A stretch of 64,000 nt of DNA from the human T2T-CHM13v2.0 reference genome, Homo sapiens: assembly GCF_009914755.1 (NCBI RefSeq), contig NC_060928.1; one strand, written 5' to 3'. The notes below the pieces were generated by a model. It did no database searches, was not told where the DNA came from, and saw only the letters and a program-made list of their open reading frames with translations. Of the stretch, positions 1 through 16,595 are shown piece after piece. Position 1 is the first letter of the stretch. Each line of letters begins with the position of its first letter. The position numbers and the translations under genes are program-made.

Positions 1-1
1 G

Positions 2-370
<369 letters not shown>

Positions 371-775
371 AGGAAGCTTGAATTCTGCAGAAGGCTGAGG
401 ATGTGGGCTCTCTCGAAACACGATTGTTCAAGTACTTTCTGCATTGATTGCCTTTGGTCCAGTTTTAATTTAAATCAGATGTTTTCTTAAAAGGTGGGGT
501 GGTAGGAAGTATACCTTACTCTGCTGTTTTACCCCAGAACATGATATCTAGTAAGAATTTGTGTCACAGGTGATTTCTAGGAGTGCGAGACAAAATGCCG
601 TGGCACAAATAGTAATGCTGAGTAGTTAACATCCCTGTTGTTGCCTTGATTTCCACAGAGGAGCACGATGATTCAGTCTCTCGCTGCTTCCCGGACTGTC
701 TTGGGGAGATCTCTATCCTTGGGTCTCAGGTCACTCGCACAACCTTCTGGCCACTCTAAGATGCAGGCTTAGGCC

Positions 776-870
776 CTGGCCAGTTACTGTGTGAGAACGG
801 GACCTCTGATGCCTACTCGCCTAGGCGCTGGCCAGTTGCTGTGTGAGAACGGGGTCTCTGATGCCTGCTC
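776..870. repeat. Local tandem duplication, ~52-bp period, 2 copies
   Basis: ctggccagtt(a/g)ctgtgtgagaacggg..ctctgatgcct(a/g)ctc at 776 and 828. Confidence 0.85.
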
Positions 871-1573
871 CCCCATCTCAGCTCTGCCACGACGTTCTTT
901 GGTGCCTGAAACAAAACATTGAATTTCCCTGCACTTTATTTACTAGTGTCTAAATGTTGAAATAATAATAATATACTGTGGAACAAACTTATTTCAGCAT
1001 CTGTTCATCTCTTGGTAGTTTACTGGCAGTAAAGATAAAATTCTAGACTGGCTTCCCCGCTACTCAGAATGTTTCTGGGCCACTTTCCTCAACTGCTTAA
1101 CCGGAAGTGTTTGAAAATTGCAAACAAATGTTACCATTAGCCTTAGCAAAATGATGCTAAGTTACGCTGCCTCAAAACAGATGCAGCATTTCCCTCTTAC
1201 CCATGACCTGGATTGAACAAATCACTGCTTTCTTTCCTTGACTTTATGTTAAACTCCACTTCAGTCAAATGTGAATTTACCCCAAAGGGAGAATAACTTT
1301 ACGAAAAGATCCACGGTAAGATACACTAAAACAGAAAGCATTCCAAGGGCATTTAAACTGTGGTTGTGTTTTCACTAGTTGATCCACACACCGCTCTTCA
1401 GAGAGAGAGCTTATGCCTAAAGTAAGATGTAGAGACACACACCACGCCGGTGGCTGTTTCTTCCAGCTCAGATCTCTCCTCTTTAAAATGCTTTTTCACA
1501 CTACTCCAACTGGAAGGAACGCCTCCTCTCCCTGGTCCTCTGCAGCACGCTGGGGCCCTACTCCCTATTCTCT

Positions 1574-1937
1574 GTGTATTCATTCGCTTGGGCTGCCATT
1601 ATAAAGTACCACAGATGGAGTGGCTCCAACAACAGCAACTTATTTGTTCACAGTTCATGAGCAAGGTGTTAGCAGCATTGGTGTCTCCTGGGCCCCTCTC
1701 CACCGCCTGCGAGGGCCGCCTTGCTGTGTCCTCAGATGGCCTTTTCTCTGCACGTGCGCATGCCTGTGTCTCTTCGCCTTCCTATACTGTCATATTGGAA
1801 TAGCCCGCTCTAATGGCCTTGTTTTAACTTGGTCACCTTTAAAGACCTTATCTCCAAATGTGGTTACATTCTGAGGTACTGGAAACCCAACTTGAACTGG
1901 GGGACAGGAGGATGAGGACACATTTGGGCTCACAACA
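1574..1937 (-). mobile_element. MaLR LTR (MLT1A/B/C-like)
   Basis: gggctgccattataaagtaccacaga ... aaagaccttatctccaaat..cacattctgaggtactgg matches recalled MLT1 consensus. Confidence 0.75.
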
Positions 1938-2183
1938 CCTTGCTACACACTTTAGAATATTAGTGGGCACCCATTCGCGAGTGTTCTGCCTCCCCTGCTT
2001 GAATGTAATCTCCCTGGTGAAAGGCCTGTTTTAAGATTCAGTGGGAGGAGCCAAGATGGCCAAATAGGAACAGCTCTGGTCTACAGCTCCCAGCGTGAGC
2101 GATGCAGAAGATGGGTGATTTCTGCATTTCCATCTGAGGTACTGGGTTCATCTCACTAGGGAGTGCCAGACAGTGGGCGCAGG

Positions 2184-2492
2184 TCAGTGGGTGCGCGCAC
2201 CCTGCGCGAGCCGAAGCGGGGCGAGGCATTGCCTCACTTGGGAAGCACAAGGGGTCAGGGAGTTCCCTTTCCGAGTCAAAGAAAGGGGTGACGGATGGCA
2301 TCTGGAAAATCGGGTCACTCCCACCCAAATACTGCGCTTTTCCGACGGGCTTAAAAAACGGCGGACCACGAGATTATAACCCGCACCTGGCTGGGAGGGT
2401 CCTACGCCCACGGAGTCTCGCTGATTGCTAGCACAGCAGTCTGAGATCAAACTGCAAGGCGGCAGCGAGGCTGGGGGAGGGGCGCCCGCCAT
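2184..2492 (-). CDS. L1 ORF0 (antisense), 102-codon variant
   Basis: ATG at 2492 gives MAGAPPPASLPPCSLISDCCASNQRDSVGVGP..., the ORF0 N-terminus. Frame stays open to 2184. Confidence 0.7.
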   Translation of the reverse strand: MAGAPPPASLPPCSLISDCCASNQRDSVGVGPSQPGAGYNLVVRRFLSPSEKRSIWVGVTRFSRCHPSPLSLTRKGNSLTPCASQVRQCLAPLRLAQGARTH

Positions 2493-2943
2493 TGCCCAGG
2501 CTTGCTTAGGTAAACAAAGCAGCAGGGAAGCTCGAACTGGGTGGAGCCCACCACAGCTCAAGGAGGCCTGCCTGCCTCTGTAGGCTCCACCTCTGGGGGC
2601 AGGGCACAGACAAACAAAAAGACAGCAGTAACCTCTGCAGACTTAAATGTCCCTGTCAGCTTTGAAGAGAGCACTGGTTCTCCCAGCACGCAGCTGGAGA
2701 TCTGAGAACGGGCAGACTGCCTCCTCAAGTGGGTCCCTGACCCCTGACCCCCGAGCAGCCTAACTGGGAGGCACCCCCCAGCAGGAGCACACTGACACCT
2801 CACACGGCAGAGTATTCCAACAGACTTGCAGCTGAGGGTCCTGTCTGTTAGAAGGAAAACTAACAAACAGAAAGGACATCCACACCAAAAACCCATCTGT
2901 ACATCACCGTCATCAAAGACCAAAAGTAGATAAAACCACAAAG

Positions 2944-3960
2944 ATGGGGAAAAAACAGAACAGAAAAACTGGAAACTCTAAAAAGCAGAGCGCCTCTCCT
3001 CTTCCAAAGGAACGCAGCTCCTCACCAGCAATGGAACAAAGCTGGATGGAGAATGACTTTGACGAGCTGAGAGAAGAAGGCTTCAGACGATCAAATTACT
3101 CTGAGCTACGGGAGGACATTCAAACCAAAGGCAAAGAAGTTGAAAACTTTGAAAAAAATTTAGAAGAATGTATAACTAGAATAACCAATACAGAGAAGTG
3201 CTTAAAGGAGCTGATGGAGCTGAAAACCAAGGCTCGAGAACTACGTGAAGAATGCAGAAGCCTCAGGAGCCAAAGCAATCAACTGGAAGAAAGGGTATCA
3301 GCAATGGAAGATGAAATTAATGAAATGAAGCAAGAAGGGAAGTTTAGAGAAAAAAGAATAAAAAGAAATGAGCAAAGCCTCCAAGAAATATGGGACTATG
3401 TGAAAAGACCAAATCTACATCTGATTTGTGTACCTGAAAGTGATGGGGAGAATGGAACCAAGTTGGAAAACACTCTGCAGGATATTATCCAGGAGAACTT
3501 CCCCAATCTAGCAAGGCAGGCCAACGTTCAGATTCAGGAAATACAGAGAACGCCACAAAGATACCCCTCGAGAAGAGCAACTCCAAGACACATAATTGTC
3601 AGATTCACCAAAGTTGAAATGAAGGAAAAAATGTTAAGGGCAGCCAGAGAGAAAGGTCGGGTTACCCTCAAAGGGAAGCCCATCAGACTAACAGTGGATC
3701 TCTCGGCAGAAACCCTACAAGCCAGAAGAGAGTGGGGGCCAATATTCAACATTCTTAAAGAAAAGAATTTTCAACCCAGAATTTCATATCCAGCCAAACT
3801 AAGCTTCATAAGTGAAGGAGAAATAAAATACTTTACAGACAAGCAAATGCTGAGAGATTTTGTCACCACCAGGCCTGTCCTAAAAGAGCTCCTGAAGGAA
3901 GCGCTAAACAGGGAAAGGAACAACCGGTACCACCCGCTGCAAAATCATGCCAAAGTATAA
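2944..3960 (+). CDS. L1 ORF1p, intact 338 aa RNA-binding chaperone
   Basis: MGKKQNRKTGNSK...; REKG, ARR and YPAKLS motifs retained; no stops. Confidence 0.95.
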   Translation: MGKKQNRKTGNSKKQSASPLPKERSSSPAMEQSWMENDFDELREEGFRRSNYSELREDIQTKGKEVENFEKNLEECITRITNTEKCLKELMELKTKARELREECRSLRSQSNQLEERVSAMEDEINEMKQEGKFREKRIKRNEQSLQEIWDYVKRPNLHLICVPESDGENGTKLENTLQDIIQENFPNLARQANVQIQEIQRTPQRYPSRRATPRHIIVRFTKVEMKEKMLRAAREKGRVTLKGKPIRLTVDLSAETLQARREWGPIFNILKEKNFQPRISYPAKLSFISEGEIKYFTDKQMLRDFVTTRPVLKELLKEALNRERNNRYHPLQNHAKV

Positions 3961-3996
3961 AGACCATCGAGACTAGGAAGAAACTGCATCAACTAA

Positions 3997-7850
<3,854 letters not shown>

Positions 7851-8371
7851 ACAATGAGAACACATGGACACAGGAAGGGGAACATCACACTCTGGGGACT
7901 GTTGTGGGGTGGGGGGAGGCGGGAGGGATAGCATTGGGAGATATACCTAATGCTAGATGACGAGTTAGTGGGTGCAGCGCACCAGCATGGCACATGTATA
8001 CATATGTAACTAACCTGCACAATGTGCACATGTACCCTAAAACTTAAAGTATAATAATAAAAAAAAAAAGAAAAAAGATTCAATGTTCCTGGCATTCAAT
8101 TGTTTGATTCATCTTCATGATCATGATTGGCATTTTGGTTGCTTTTGTCCTGATATAAACATGTTTTGAGGCAAATAAATAATCAGCCATGGTGGCTTCA
8201 TGGCAGCAACTGGGCTAGATGGTTTCAAGGTTGCTCACAAATAGGCCTGTTGATTCCCCATCCCCATCCACTGTGAAATTCTCTGTCTCAAGGGAGTTTC
8301 CGCTATTTGCATACTTTCTACACGAAGGCCTCCTAGGAGGGTCCAGCCCTAACTTTAAAATTACCTGTGCA

Positions 8372-8823
8372 AATAGCAAAGACTTTGAACCAACCCAAAT
8401 GCCCATCAATGATAGACTGGATAAAGAAAATGTGGCACATATACACCATGGAATACTATGCAGCCATAAAAAAGAATGTGTTCATGTCCTTTGCAGAGAC
8501 ATGGATGAAGCTAGAAGCCATCATTTTCAGCAAACTAACACAGGGACAGAAAATCAAACACCACATGTTCTCACTCATAAGTGGGAGTTGAACAATGAGA
8601 ACACATGGACACAGGGAGGGGGACATCACACACTGGGCCCTGTTGGAGGATCGGGGGCACAGGGAGGGAGAGCATTAGGACAAATACCTAACGCATGCAG
8701 GGCTTAAAATCTAGATGACGAGTTGACAGGTGCAGCAAACCACCATGGCACATGTATGCCTCTGTAACAAAACTGCACGTTCTGCACATGTGTCCCAGAA
8801 TTTAAAGTGAAATAAAATAAAAT
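8372..8823 (+). mobile_element. 5'-truncated older L1PA 3' end (L1PA8-10-like)
   Basis: ORF2 tail plus 3'UTR with gcatgcagggcttaaaatctagatga and (AAAAT)n tail. Degraded TSD aaaattacctgtgca (8357) / aaaattccccatgca (8824). Confidence 0.85.
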
Positions 8824-11393
8824 AAAATTCCCCATGCATTGCCTAGTTCTATGTCTGCATCCAGCAGCACCTGAAATCCCGGCCTGATGCAGCCCCGGCA
8901 GTTCATCTCATTTTATTTTGCCTGAAGTCTCCAAGCAAGTTCTCCCAGCTCAAGGGCCAGCATTCTTTCCAACAACTCATCACTCCTCGTTATGCAAAGG
9001 GAAGAACACCAAGGGCTTTCTGTATTCTGAGCAATAATTCGGGTAATGAAGTGAGAGCTTAGCCTCTCTTGTGAATGCTGAGGAACCCTAAAACAGCATA
9101 TCTTTTGCTTCCAAAAAGATCTAGCATAGCAATTTTGTTGGTTCATAAAATGCTCAAATGCTCAAACCATATGTTTAGCTACAATTCCCAATGGCTATAT
9201 CCTTCTTTATATGAGTAAAAGAGGAGGTTTTCAGCATCAGGTGGAAAAATAAGTATGGGTATTGGGGAAAATAGTCTAAATTTAACTCTGAGTCAGTTCC
9301 AAGACAGTGGAGGTGATACCAGGTTCATGGCCTGGCATTTCCCAGCCTGCGAATTCTGCTTCAAGTCTGCAAGTCTGCCCAGTAGGTACAAGACAAATCA
9401 TACCCAAGGACATTTGTACAGAAACATGAGCCTTGCTAGATCCCTCCCTTGTGCAGGGTAGCTTCTATGAAACATATAGACCAAGCAGACTTCCACATCA
9501 GTGAATACATTTGGCCATCTGAAAATACAGAGACTTAACACATATGGAGACCTGTGGCTTCCTCGGGCCAGCCTCAGTTTGAAAGCAAGGGTGAGATCTT
9601 TGTCAGACACTCACGGGACCTGTGCTGCCCATAAAGGAAGGGGCCCTTCTCTCAGGACAGCACAAGGGAAAACACCCACAGCCGGAAAAGAAGGTGTGTC
9701 TCAGCATGACGGAGGCTGTGTGCAAATTATTCCTTGTGCCAATATCAGGAGTGTGGATCTGACAAACAAAAGGCCATGTCATTGGCTTAGTGTCTCTGTG
9801 GAGTCTGTAATGGTCCTTTTACTTACTTGAGTCCTTTCTAAGATGGATTTTGTTCATTTTCCACTAAGATTGCAGAAGCTGCACGTGGCGTGGCAGTTTA
9901 TGAATTGGGTCCCCTGGCAAGGCTCTGAAAGACAGCTGGAGTGGGGGTGGGCTGTGTGTGTGAAGCCGCTGCACAGAGCTGGAGTCGGCTGTCCACACAA
10001 TCACGTCTATGTGAGAGCCGGCAGCCTGCAAACTGCTTCCCTGCAAGGGGAGACACATGCCAGGGGAGGGCCAGAGAATTTTGTTAATTCTGTTTATCTT
10101 AGAGACTGTTTTTTTGTCTGCTGGGGGAAATAAAAAACAAATACATAACTTCCTTGCTTGTGTGCAGTCTGATTTTTTTCTCTCTCTCATGCCCTCATTT
10201 TTATTTCTCCGAAGTATCTCTCCCCTTCAGTTTGGGGCATCAGTTTATGGCATTTTTCCGTACATGTGTATATAGTATCTATGCACAAAGTCAGAGATAT
10301 AAATGTCTGTTTTAGACTCTTTTGGCTTTAGTGTTCTGTGGAGGTCCATGAGATATCAGAGATCTCATTTTCTTTCTGTTAACATAATTAGCAGAGCTCT
10401 CTCTGTGCTCAGAGTGCATAGCTGAGTCCCGCATAACCAGCAATAACAGTGCATTCTTAGCAGCCTCCCTGGATAGTTTGCTAAATTCTTTCTGAGAGCC
10501 TCTCGCTGCCTTTACAAAGGTTATAGCTGAAAAACAAACCAGAAACTGGGAATCCAACTCTGTGAGCAGAGAGAGGGCTGCACATTCTATTATCGCACGG
10601 ATAGAGGCTCAGGTTCATGCAGTCGCGTTTGGAGTCCTGGCAATTTCAGATGAAGGCCGTCCTTAGGAAAATCAGCTATCCCAAGCCCAGGCAGTCTGGG
10701 TTAGCCGAGGTTTTTGTTTGTTTTGTGGAGTTTTTGCTGGTTGGTCTTTTGTAGATGCTGCAAATCACAAATGGGGAACCTGAACGACACAAGCTTTTTC
10801 TTCTCCGTATCATTTTACCTGGCCAAAAAGGCAAAAGAAGGGGAAGGTGGCATTGCTAAGTCACAGGGAAGGATATGACCTAAACATCCCCCCTTCCCCA
10901 AGTAATCCGGGAGCACCACTCCCCTCTGAGGACCCCACAGGTACTTTCACAGTCCAACACACTGAGAAACAAGCCCACAGGGTGCCAGGATGACATGACC
11001 ACAGAGAAAAGGGACAGAAGGAGTTTGGGACACATGCACGGACACCTGTTGCTTTTGCAGACTTGAACTTAGAAAATATGAGCCTCATTAGAATTTCTCT
11101 TTCTAAAATAAACGACCACTTTTAATATCGTCAAATATCATGTACTGCTATAGTTCTCTGTCCTCCGCACTGAGAATCCAAAACAGGTCCTTGGGATAAC
11201 TTTTGGGAAACAATACCGCCACGAAAACAAAAGTCTTCTCAGCCAAGAACACAGATTTTTTTTATCTACCTTTGATGTCCCAAAGGACTAGAGAATCCAG
11301 AGCATTTAAATAAGACTCCAATGCCAGGAGCTCACTGTTCCCTGCTGGATGCCAGCCCTCCCCTCCCTGCCCAGAAGAGGACATGGTACTCAC

Positions 11394-11634
11394 CAGTCAT
11401 TAGGGTATAATAATTGGGATACGAGAGACTAGGGAAGTCTGGAGTCAAGTAATCCACTTTTACTCCCCTGCTCACAATCTCTTTGAAACCAGGCAATGAC
11501 TCCAGCGCCTCATCACTGATGTAGTCTGAGCGAAAACCATCCAGCAGAAACACCAGCAGCTTCCGGCGGGCAGAGGCTGGCTGGGCCAGGCCCAGGGCAA
11601 GGGCCAGCAGGAGGGTCCCAAGCTTCACTGCCAT
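11394..11634 (-). CDS. ENPP6: ENPP6 exon 1 coding part (glycerophosphocholine cholinephosphodiesterase; signal peptide, Asp32, catalytic Ser71)
   Basis: [38 protein letters not shown]...[15 protein letters not shown] matches the ENPP6 N-terminus. 241 nt ends at a canonical donor G|GTGAGT (phase 1). Confidence 0.97.
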
Positions 11635-11900
11635 GCTGCCAGGAGCCTGCCAGAGCCCGGCTGGCACAGCTGTCGCCTTGCAAAGACTGAGGATGGAGAA
11701 TCTGTAGCTATTCTCTCTTCCAGGGGCTGGACCTTGAGCCGCTGGCCTTCCTGAGTCAAGTTCACTTGCAGAATTTAAAGGAACAGCACCCCCTTTTCCA
11801 CACATCTATGCTCACCCTTTACTAGAAAGTCCAGAGACCGACTCCTTCAGATAAACTGGGTTCCAAACAACCCAGAATTAACACCAGGGGAGAGAGTTCA
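11635..11900 (-). promoter_or_regulatory. ENPP6: ENPP6 5'UTR and proximal promoter (approximate; not a CpG island)
   Basis: Unique sequence directly upstream of the ATG, with TATA-like TTTAAA at ~11774-11779. The TSS cannot be fixed from sequence. Confidence 0.55.
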
Positions 11901-12661
11901 AACTTATTATTTTTGGTGAACGTTCCAGAAATACAAGCACCCACAGAGGTGGAATTTTAGAAGATGACAAAGTCAACACTAACTTTGCAGTTGAGCTAAC
12001 CAAAGGGAGGAACCAAGGAAAAGGGCAAGATTTTAATTTGCTGTTATCCCACATCATGGCCTCATTTAAACTCTTTTTCACTTAGAATTTAGTAACGCAA
12101 ACCTCTGGACTCAGTGCATAAACAGGAAACAATACGTTTCGGTGGGCCCATTTGTAAACTTCCCAGCTGTGTCTCTGTAGACACAGCACTTAAAAAAGTT
12201 ATTTGTCTATGTCTTGGCCACTTATGTTTTTATATGCAGTGTTATTATTTGTTATTATTTTATTTTTCAAATGTGATTTAGCTGCTGGTGCCCATAGGAG
12301 GAGGTGGTTCGTAGAAGAGCCCTAGAGCCAATGAGAAGCTTCCAGAGTTGGACAATGGGAAATCATTACTGGCAGAATGGTCTGAAGCAGCATTGCCCCA
12401 GGAGGATGGAAATGAAATAGAGAGCTGGAGATTGAGAGCTTGAGATGGAAAAGCAGAGCTAGAAATTACCATGCAGGCTTTGGGACCGAGAAGACTAGGC
12501 GGAGTGGAAAATAGGAGGAGGTTAGTGACAGGGAGGCAGATGTGAGCTGGGGAGCAGACAGAGTTAGCACAAAGTACCCAGAGTCCAGGGGTTCCCTAGA
12601 GTGGCTCCGTCATGCTACATAAAATTAAACAACACAATTCATGTGAAGGCTTATAAAACAT

Positions 12662-12935
12662 GGCTGAGTGCAGTGGCCCACTTTGGGAGGCCAAGGTGGA
12701 AGGATTGCTTGAGGCCAGGAGCTTGAGACCAGCCTGGGCAACACAGCAAGACCCCATCTCTATAAAAAATTAAAAAATTAGCTGGGCCTGGCGGCACGTG
12801 CCTGGTCCCAGCTACACAGGAGGCTGAGGTGGGAGGATTGTGTGAGCACAGGTGGTCATATCTGCAGTAAGCTGTGATTGTATCACTGCACTCCAGGCTG
12901 GGCAACAGAGTGAGGCCCTGCCTCAAAAAAAAAAA
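12662..12935 (+). mobile_element. AluJ with internal deletions
   Basis: ggaaggattgcttgaggccaggag and gggaggattg (J diagnostics), A-tail. Confidence 0.85.
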
Positions 12936-13427
12936 GACATAAAACATGCATGGTCCATAGCAAGTGTTGAACAAATGTTAGATGTTATTCGCATTATAAC
13001 ATTGCTTGTCTCCTGAGGAAACTTGCAGGCTCTGGGCAAACTTTCCAGGGAAGGAAGATAGACACCAGCCACACCAGCCACTCTCAGTCAACCCCAAAAT
13101 CCCTCTTCCACCTCTGCCCTCTGCTTGTGTCTTTTCTCCTTCTCTTTTTCTGTTGTATTTGAGTCAAGCCCAAACACAGGATCACCATGTCACTTTTTAA
13201 ATTATGCTGCAAAAGAGAAACACATTGGCCAAATTACCACTCCCCTCTCAGGGGACTTGGCCAAGGATCAGAATTCTTTTTTCCAATAAGAGGTAATGCT
13301 TTTTATAATTAAATTTAAATTTTTTTCTTATTAAAAAATAAGGAAAAGGGGAGTTTATCCTAAAAGGTTGTTACTTTGAAAACAATGTTATTCTTTTTTC
13401 TTTGAGCTGTGTGGTATTGTTGCTATA

Positions 13428-14373
13428 AACAGAGAAAAAGAAAAGAGAGAAGAAAGAGGAAAGGAAGGAAGAAAGAAAGAAAAAGGAAAGAAAGAAAAGT
13501 AAACGAAGGAAGGGAGAAAGAGAAAGAAAGGGAAGGGAAGAAAAGGGAAGAAGGAAAGAGAACAGAAGGGAAGAGAAGAAAGGAAGAAAAGGGAGGAAGG
13601 GAAGGAAAGGGGAGGGGAAGGAAGGGGAGGAAAGGGAAGGGAGGGAAAGGAAGGGAAGGGAAAGGGAAAGGGGAAGGGAAGGAGGAAAAAAAGAATAGAA
13701 GGGAAGAAGGGAAAGGAAGAGAAAAAGGGAAGAAAAGCGAAGAAGGGAAGGGAAGGGAAGGGAAGGGGAGGGGAAGGGAAGGGAGGGAAAGGAAGGGAAG
13801 GGAAAGGGAAAGGGGAAGGGGAAGGGAAGGAGGAAAAAAGAATAGAAGGGAAGAAGGGAAAGGAAGAGAAGAAGGGAAGAAAAGCGAAGAAGGGAAGGGA
13901 AGGGAAGGGAAGGGGAGGGGAAGGGAAGGGAGGGAAAGGAAGGGAAAGGAAAGGGAAAGGGGAAGGGGAAGGGAAGGAAAAAAAAGAATAGAAGGGAAGA
14001 AGGGAAGGGAAGAGAAGAAGGGAAGAAAAGCGAAGAAGAGAAGGGAAGGAAAGGGGCGGGGAAGGGAGGGGAGGGGAGGGAAGGGAAGGGAAGGGAAAGG
14101 AAGGGAAGAAGGGAAGAAGAGAAGGAAAGGGAAGGTGAGGGGAATGGAAGGGAGGGGAGGGAAGGGAAGGGAAAGGAAAAAGGGAAGAAGGGAAGAAAAG
14201 GGAAGAAGGGAAGAGAAGAGATGGGAAGAAGGGAAAGGGAGGGATGGGAAGAAGGGAAAGGGAGGGATGGGAAGAAGGGAAAGGGAGGGAAGGGAAGAAG
14301 AGAAGAGAAGGGAAGGGAAAGGGAGGAGAGGGAAGGGAAGGGAAGGAGAAGGGAGGGGAGGGGAGGGGAAAAG
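13428..14373 (+). repeat. ~950-bp polypurine GGGAA/GAAGG tract with ~147-bp higher-order units
   Basis: Almost all A/G. Marker aagaatagaa recurs at 13691, 13838 and 13984. Confidence 0.95.
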
Positions 14374-14564
14374 GCAGATGCAGCCTGATGGGTTGATGGG
14401 CCTCCTAGACACTGAACATCACATGTGCTAGAAGGAGAACTTCTTCCCCTGGTGAGGGCCCATGGAGGTAGGAGGCCCAGATAGCTGTGCTCTGTGAGTT
14501 CCTGAGAGGCTCAGGGATTGTCTGGACTGCGAAGCTGGAGTCACAGTGCAAGTCCAAGTGATTT

Positions 14565-14618
14565 ACTTTGGGATGGCCTCTGAGCTCACTTTGGGATGGC
14601 TTCTGAGCTCACTTTGGG
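14565..14618. repeat. 23-bp tandem duplication
   Basis: actttgggatggc(c/t)tctgagctc twice, then actttggg. Confidence 0.85.
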
Positions 14619-15789
14619 AGAGGTTAAGCACTCCAAATGTTAAAGATGAATATAAGAGGGACTTCCACTTTTCTCCACTACTAACAAGGGTACACTCAAA
14701 ATATGGCTCCCTGAGTGCCTCATTGAGCTGTTGTGGGTGTCAACTCAGAAGTAACTTGCTTCAGATTAGCGTGTTCACAGGTCCCCAGAGGCTCCCAAGG
14801 CTCCACAAAGATTGTTGTGATGTATCTGGGGTGGGGTCATCATTGTTTTATGATAATGTTTATGATCATATTGTGTTATGACCATGTTTAGACAATGTCT
14901 CTAAAGCTTTGGATCAATAAATGATTGCCAATATGAATCTCTAATATACATACCAATATATGAAGAAAGAGACGTATTGGATGGAATTCAAGCCAAGGTA
15001 ATCCTAGGGTTGCTCAAAGCCAGTCTCCAGGTCTTGAACCGTCTAACCTAGAAAAGATTGGAAATGAAAGCTAAAAAGCAATAGTTAAAAGCCATATGTC
15101 ATACAGGTGGTTAACATTAAGTGCCCAAAGTCTTGTGATCCAAAACCTATGTGTCTATGATCTGGATGTCTTCACTTGGGAGTGGTTATCAGTACCTAAT
15201 GCTTATAAGTGCTTATTGCAACTTGTTTTCAAGGGTTGGCAATACTGTAAAGTCATTGTCCACAGGGGTTTCACTTAGATAATGCAAAATATGAAAAATT
15301 TACTCCAGAAGTTGAAAGAACCTTTGTCCTAAAGCTGCTGCAAGTCTCTCTAGGGACATGCATGAGCTCTCAGGAAATGTGCTGTCCAGATTAGTCAGCA
15401 CCCTGGTGCCTCCCCTTTATGGAGAGACAGGTGAGATGGAAGGGAAAGAGTCTCAGAAAAACAAAACAAAACAAAACAAAATAAACAAACAAAAAACACA
15501 AAAAAAACGTGATTCCAGAGTCAAGATCCTGGTATGATGCAATTGTGTGATTCTGAAGAAATTGCCTTTCTGGGCTTCAGTTTTCACCTCTGAAAAGTGA
15601 CAAAGCTCTAGCTTCTACTTTCTAGCTGTAGAATCAATGCAATTTGAGAGTGAGGTCCCAAGTCAGCCCATGTCGGCCAACATCCACCCTTGTTGGTCCT
15701 ATTAATTAATTCATCCCAGCTTTTGCAGCCCTGCTGGCCTTTTGTTGGTCCATGTCAACCCTCCTTGTATCTGGAAAAATATTATTTAA

Positions 15790-16553
15790 AATTTAAGACG
15801 ACATAAGGACATTTTTAGATAAACAAAAGATGAGAGAATTAGTTACCAACAGGCTTGTACCACAAAAAAATACTAAAGAATGTCCTTTGAGAGGAAATAA
15901 CACAAGATGAAAATTAATATACACAGGAAGGGAAAAAAATTCATAAATGATCAATATGTGAGTACATATAAAAGACTATGTTTTTCTTTCATAAATGTCC
16001 TTAAAAATAACTGCTTAAAGTAAAAAGAATAACACTATGCTGCGAGTGATGACTTACGAAGAATTAAAGGATATAAAGACAACAGCCTAAATGAAAGGGG
16101 TAGAATGTTTGAATGGAATTAAGCTGTTGTGAAGTTCCTTGAAATTTATGAAATGGGAAAAGTCAGATGTCAAGAGCAAAATGTAAAGTGATTGAATATT
16201 TATTCTAACTAGACTGTAATAAGGATGCATATTGTAATCCTCAGAGTAACTACTAAACAACAACAAAAAAATACAAAGATTTTCGACTAAAAGGTCAGTA
16301 GCGAAAGAGGAAAATACCTCAACATAATAAAGGCTATATTTGAAAAGCCCACAGCTGACTTCACGCCCAGTGGTGGAAAGCTGAAAGCTTTTCCTCTAAG
16401 AGCAGTAATAAGATATGGATGCTTGATCTAAACACTTCTATTCAACATACTGGAAGTCCTAGCCAGACAATTAGGCAAGAGAATTATAAATAAAAAAATA
16501 AAACCATCTCTGTTTGACAATGACATGATCTTACATGTACAAACTCCTAAAGA

Positions 16554-16595
<42 letters not shown>

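Noticed and set aside
11332-11805. 157-aa ORF as a full protein
   Set aside because: Only 11634-11394 is ENPP6 coding; the rest is in-frame 5'UTR/promoter and read-through past the splice donor.
13409-14431. 340-aa and 329-aa ORFs on both strands
   Set aside because: Artefact of a polypurine tract that cannot encode stops; low-complexity G/R/E/K or P/F/S/L.
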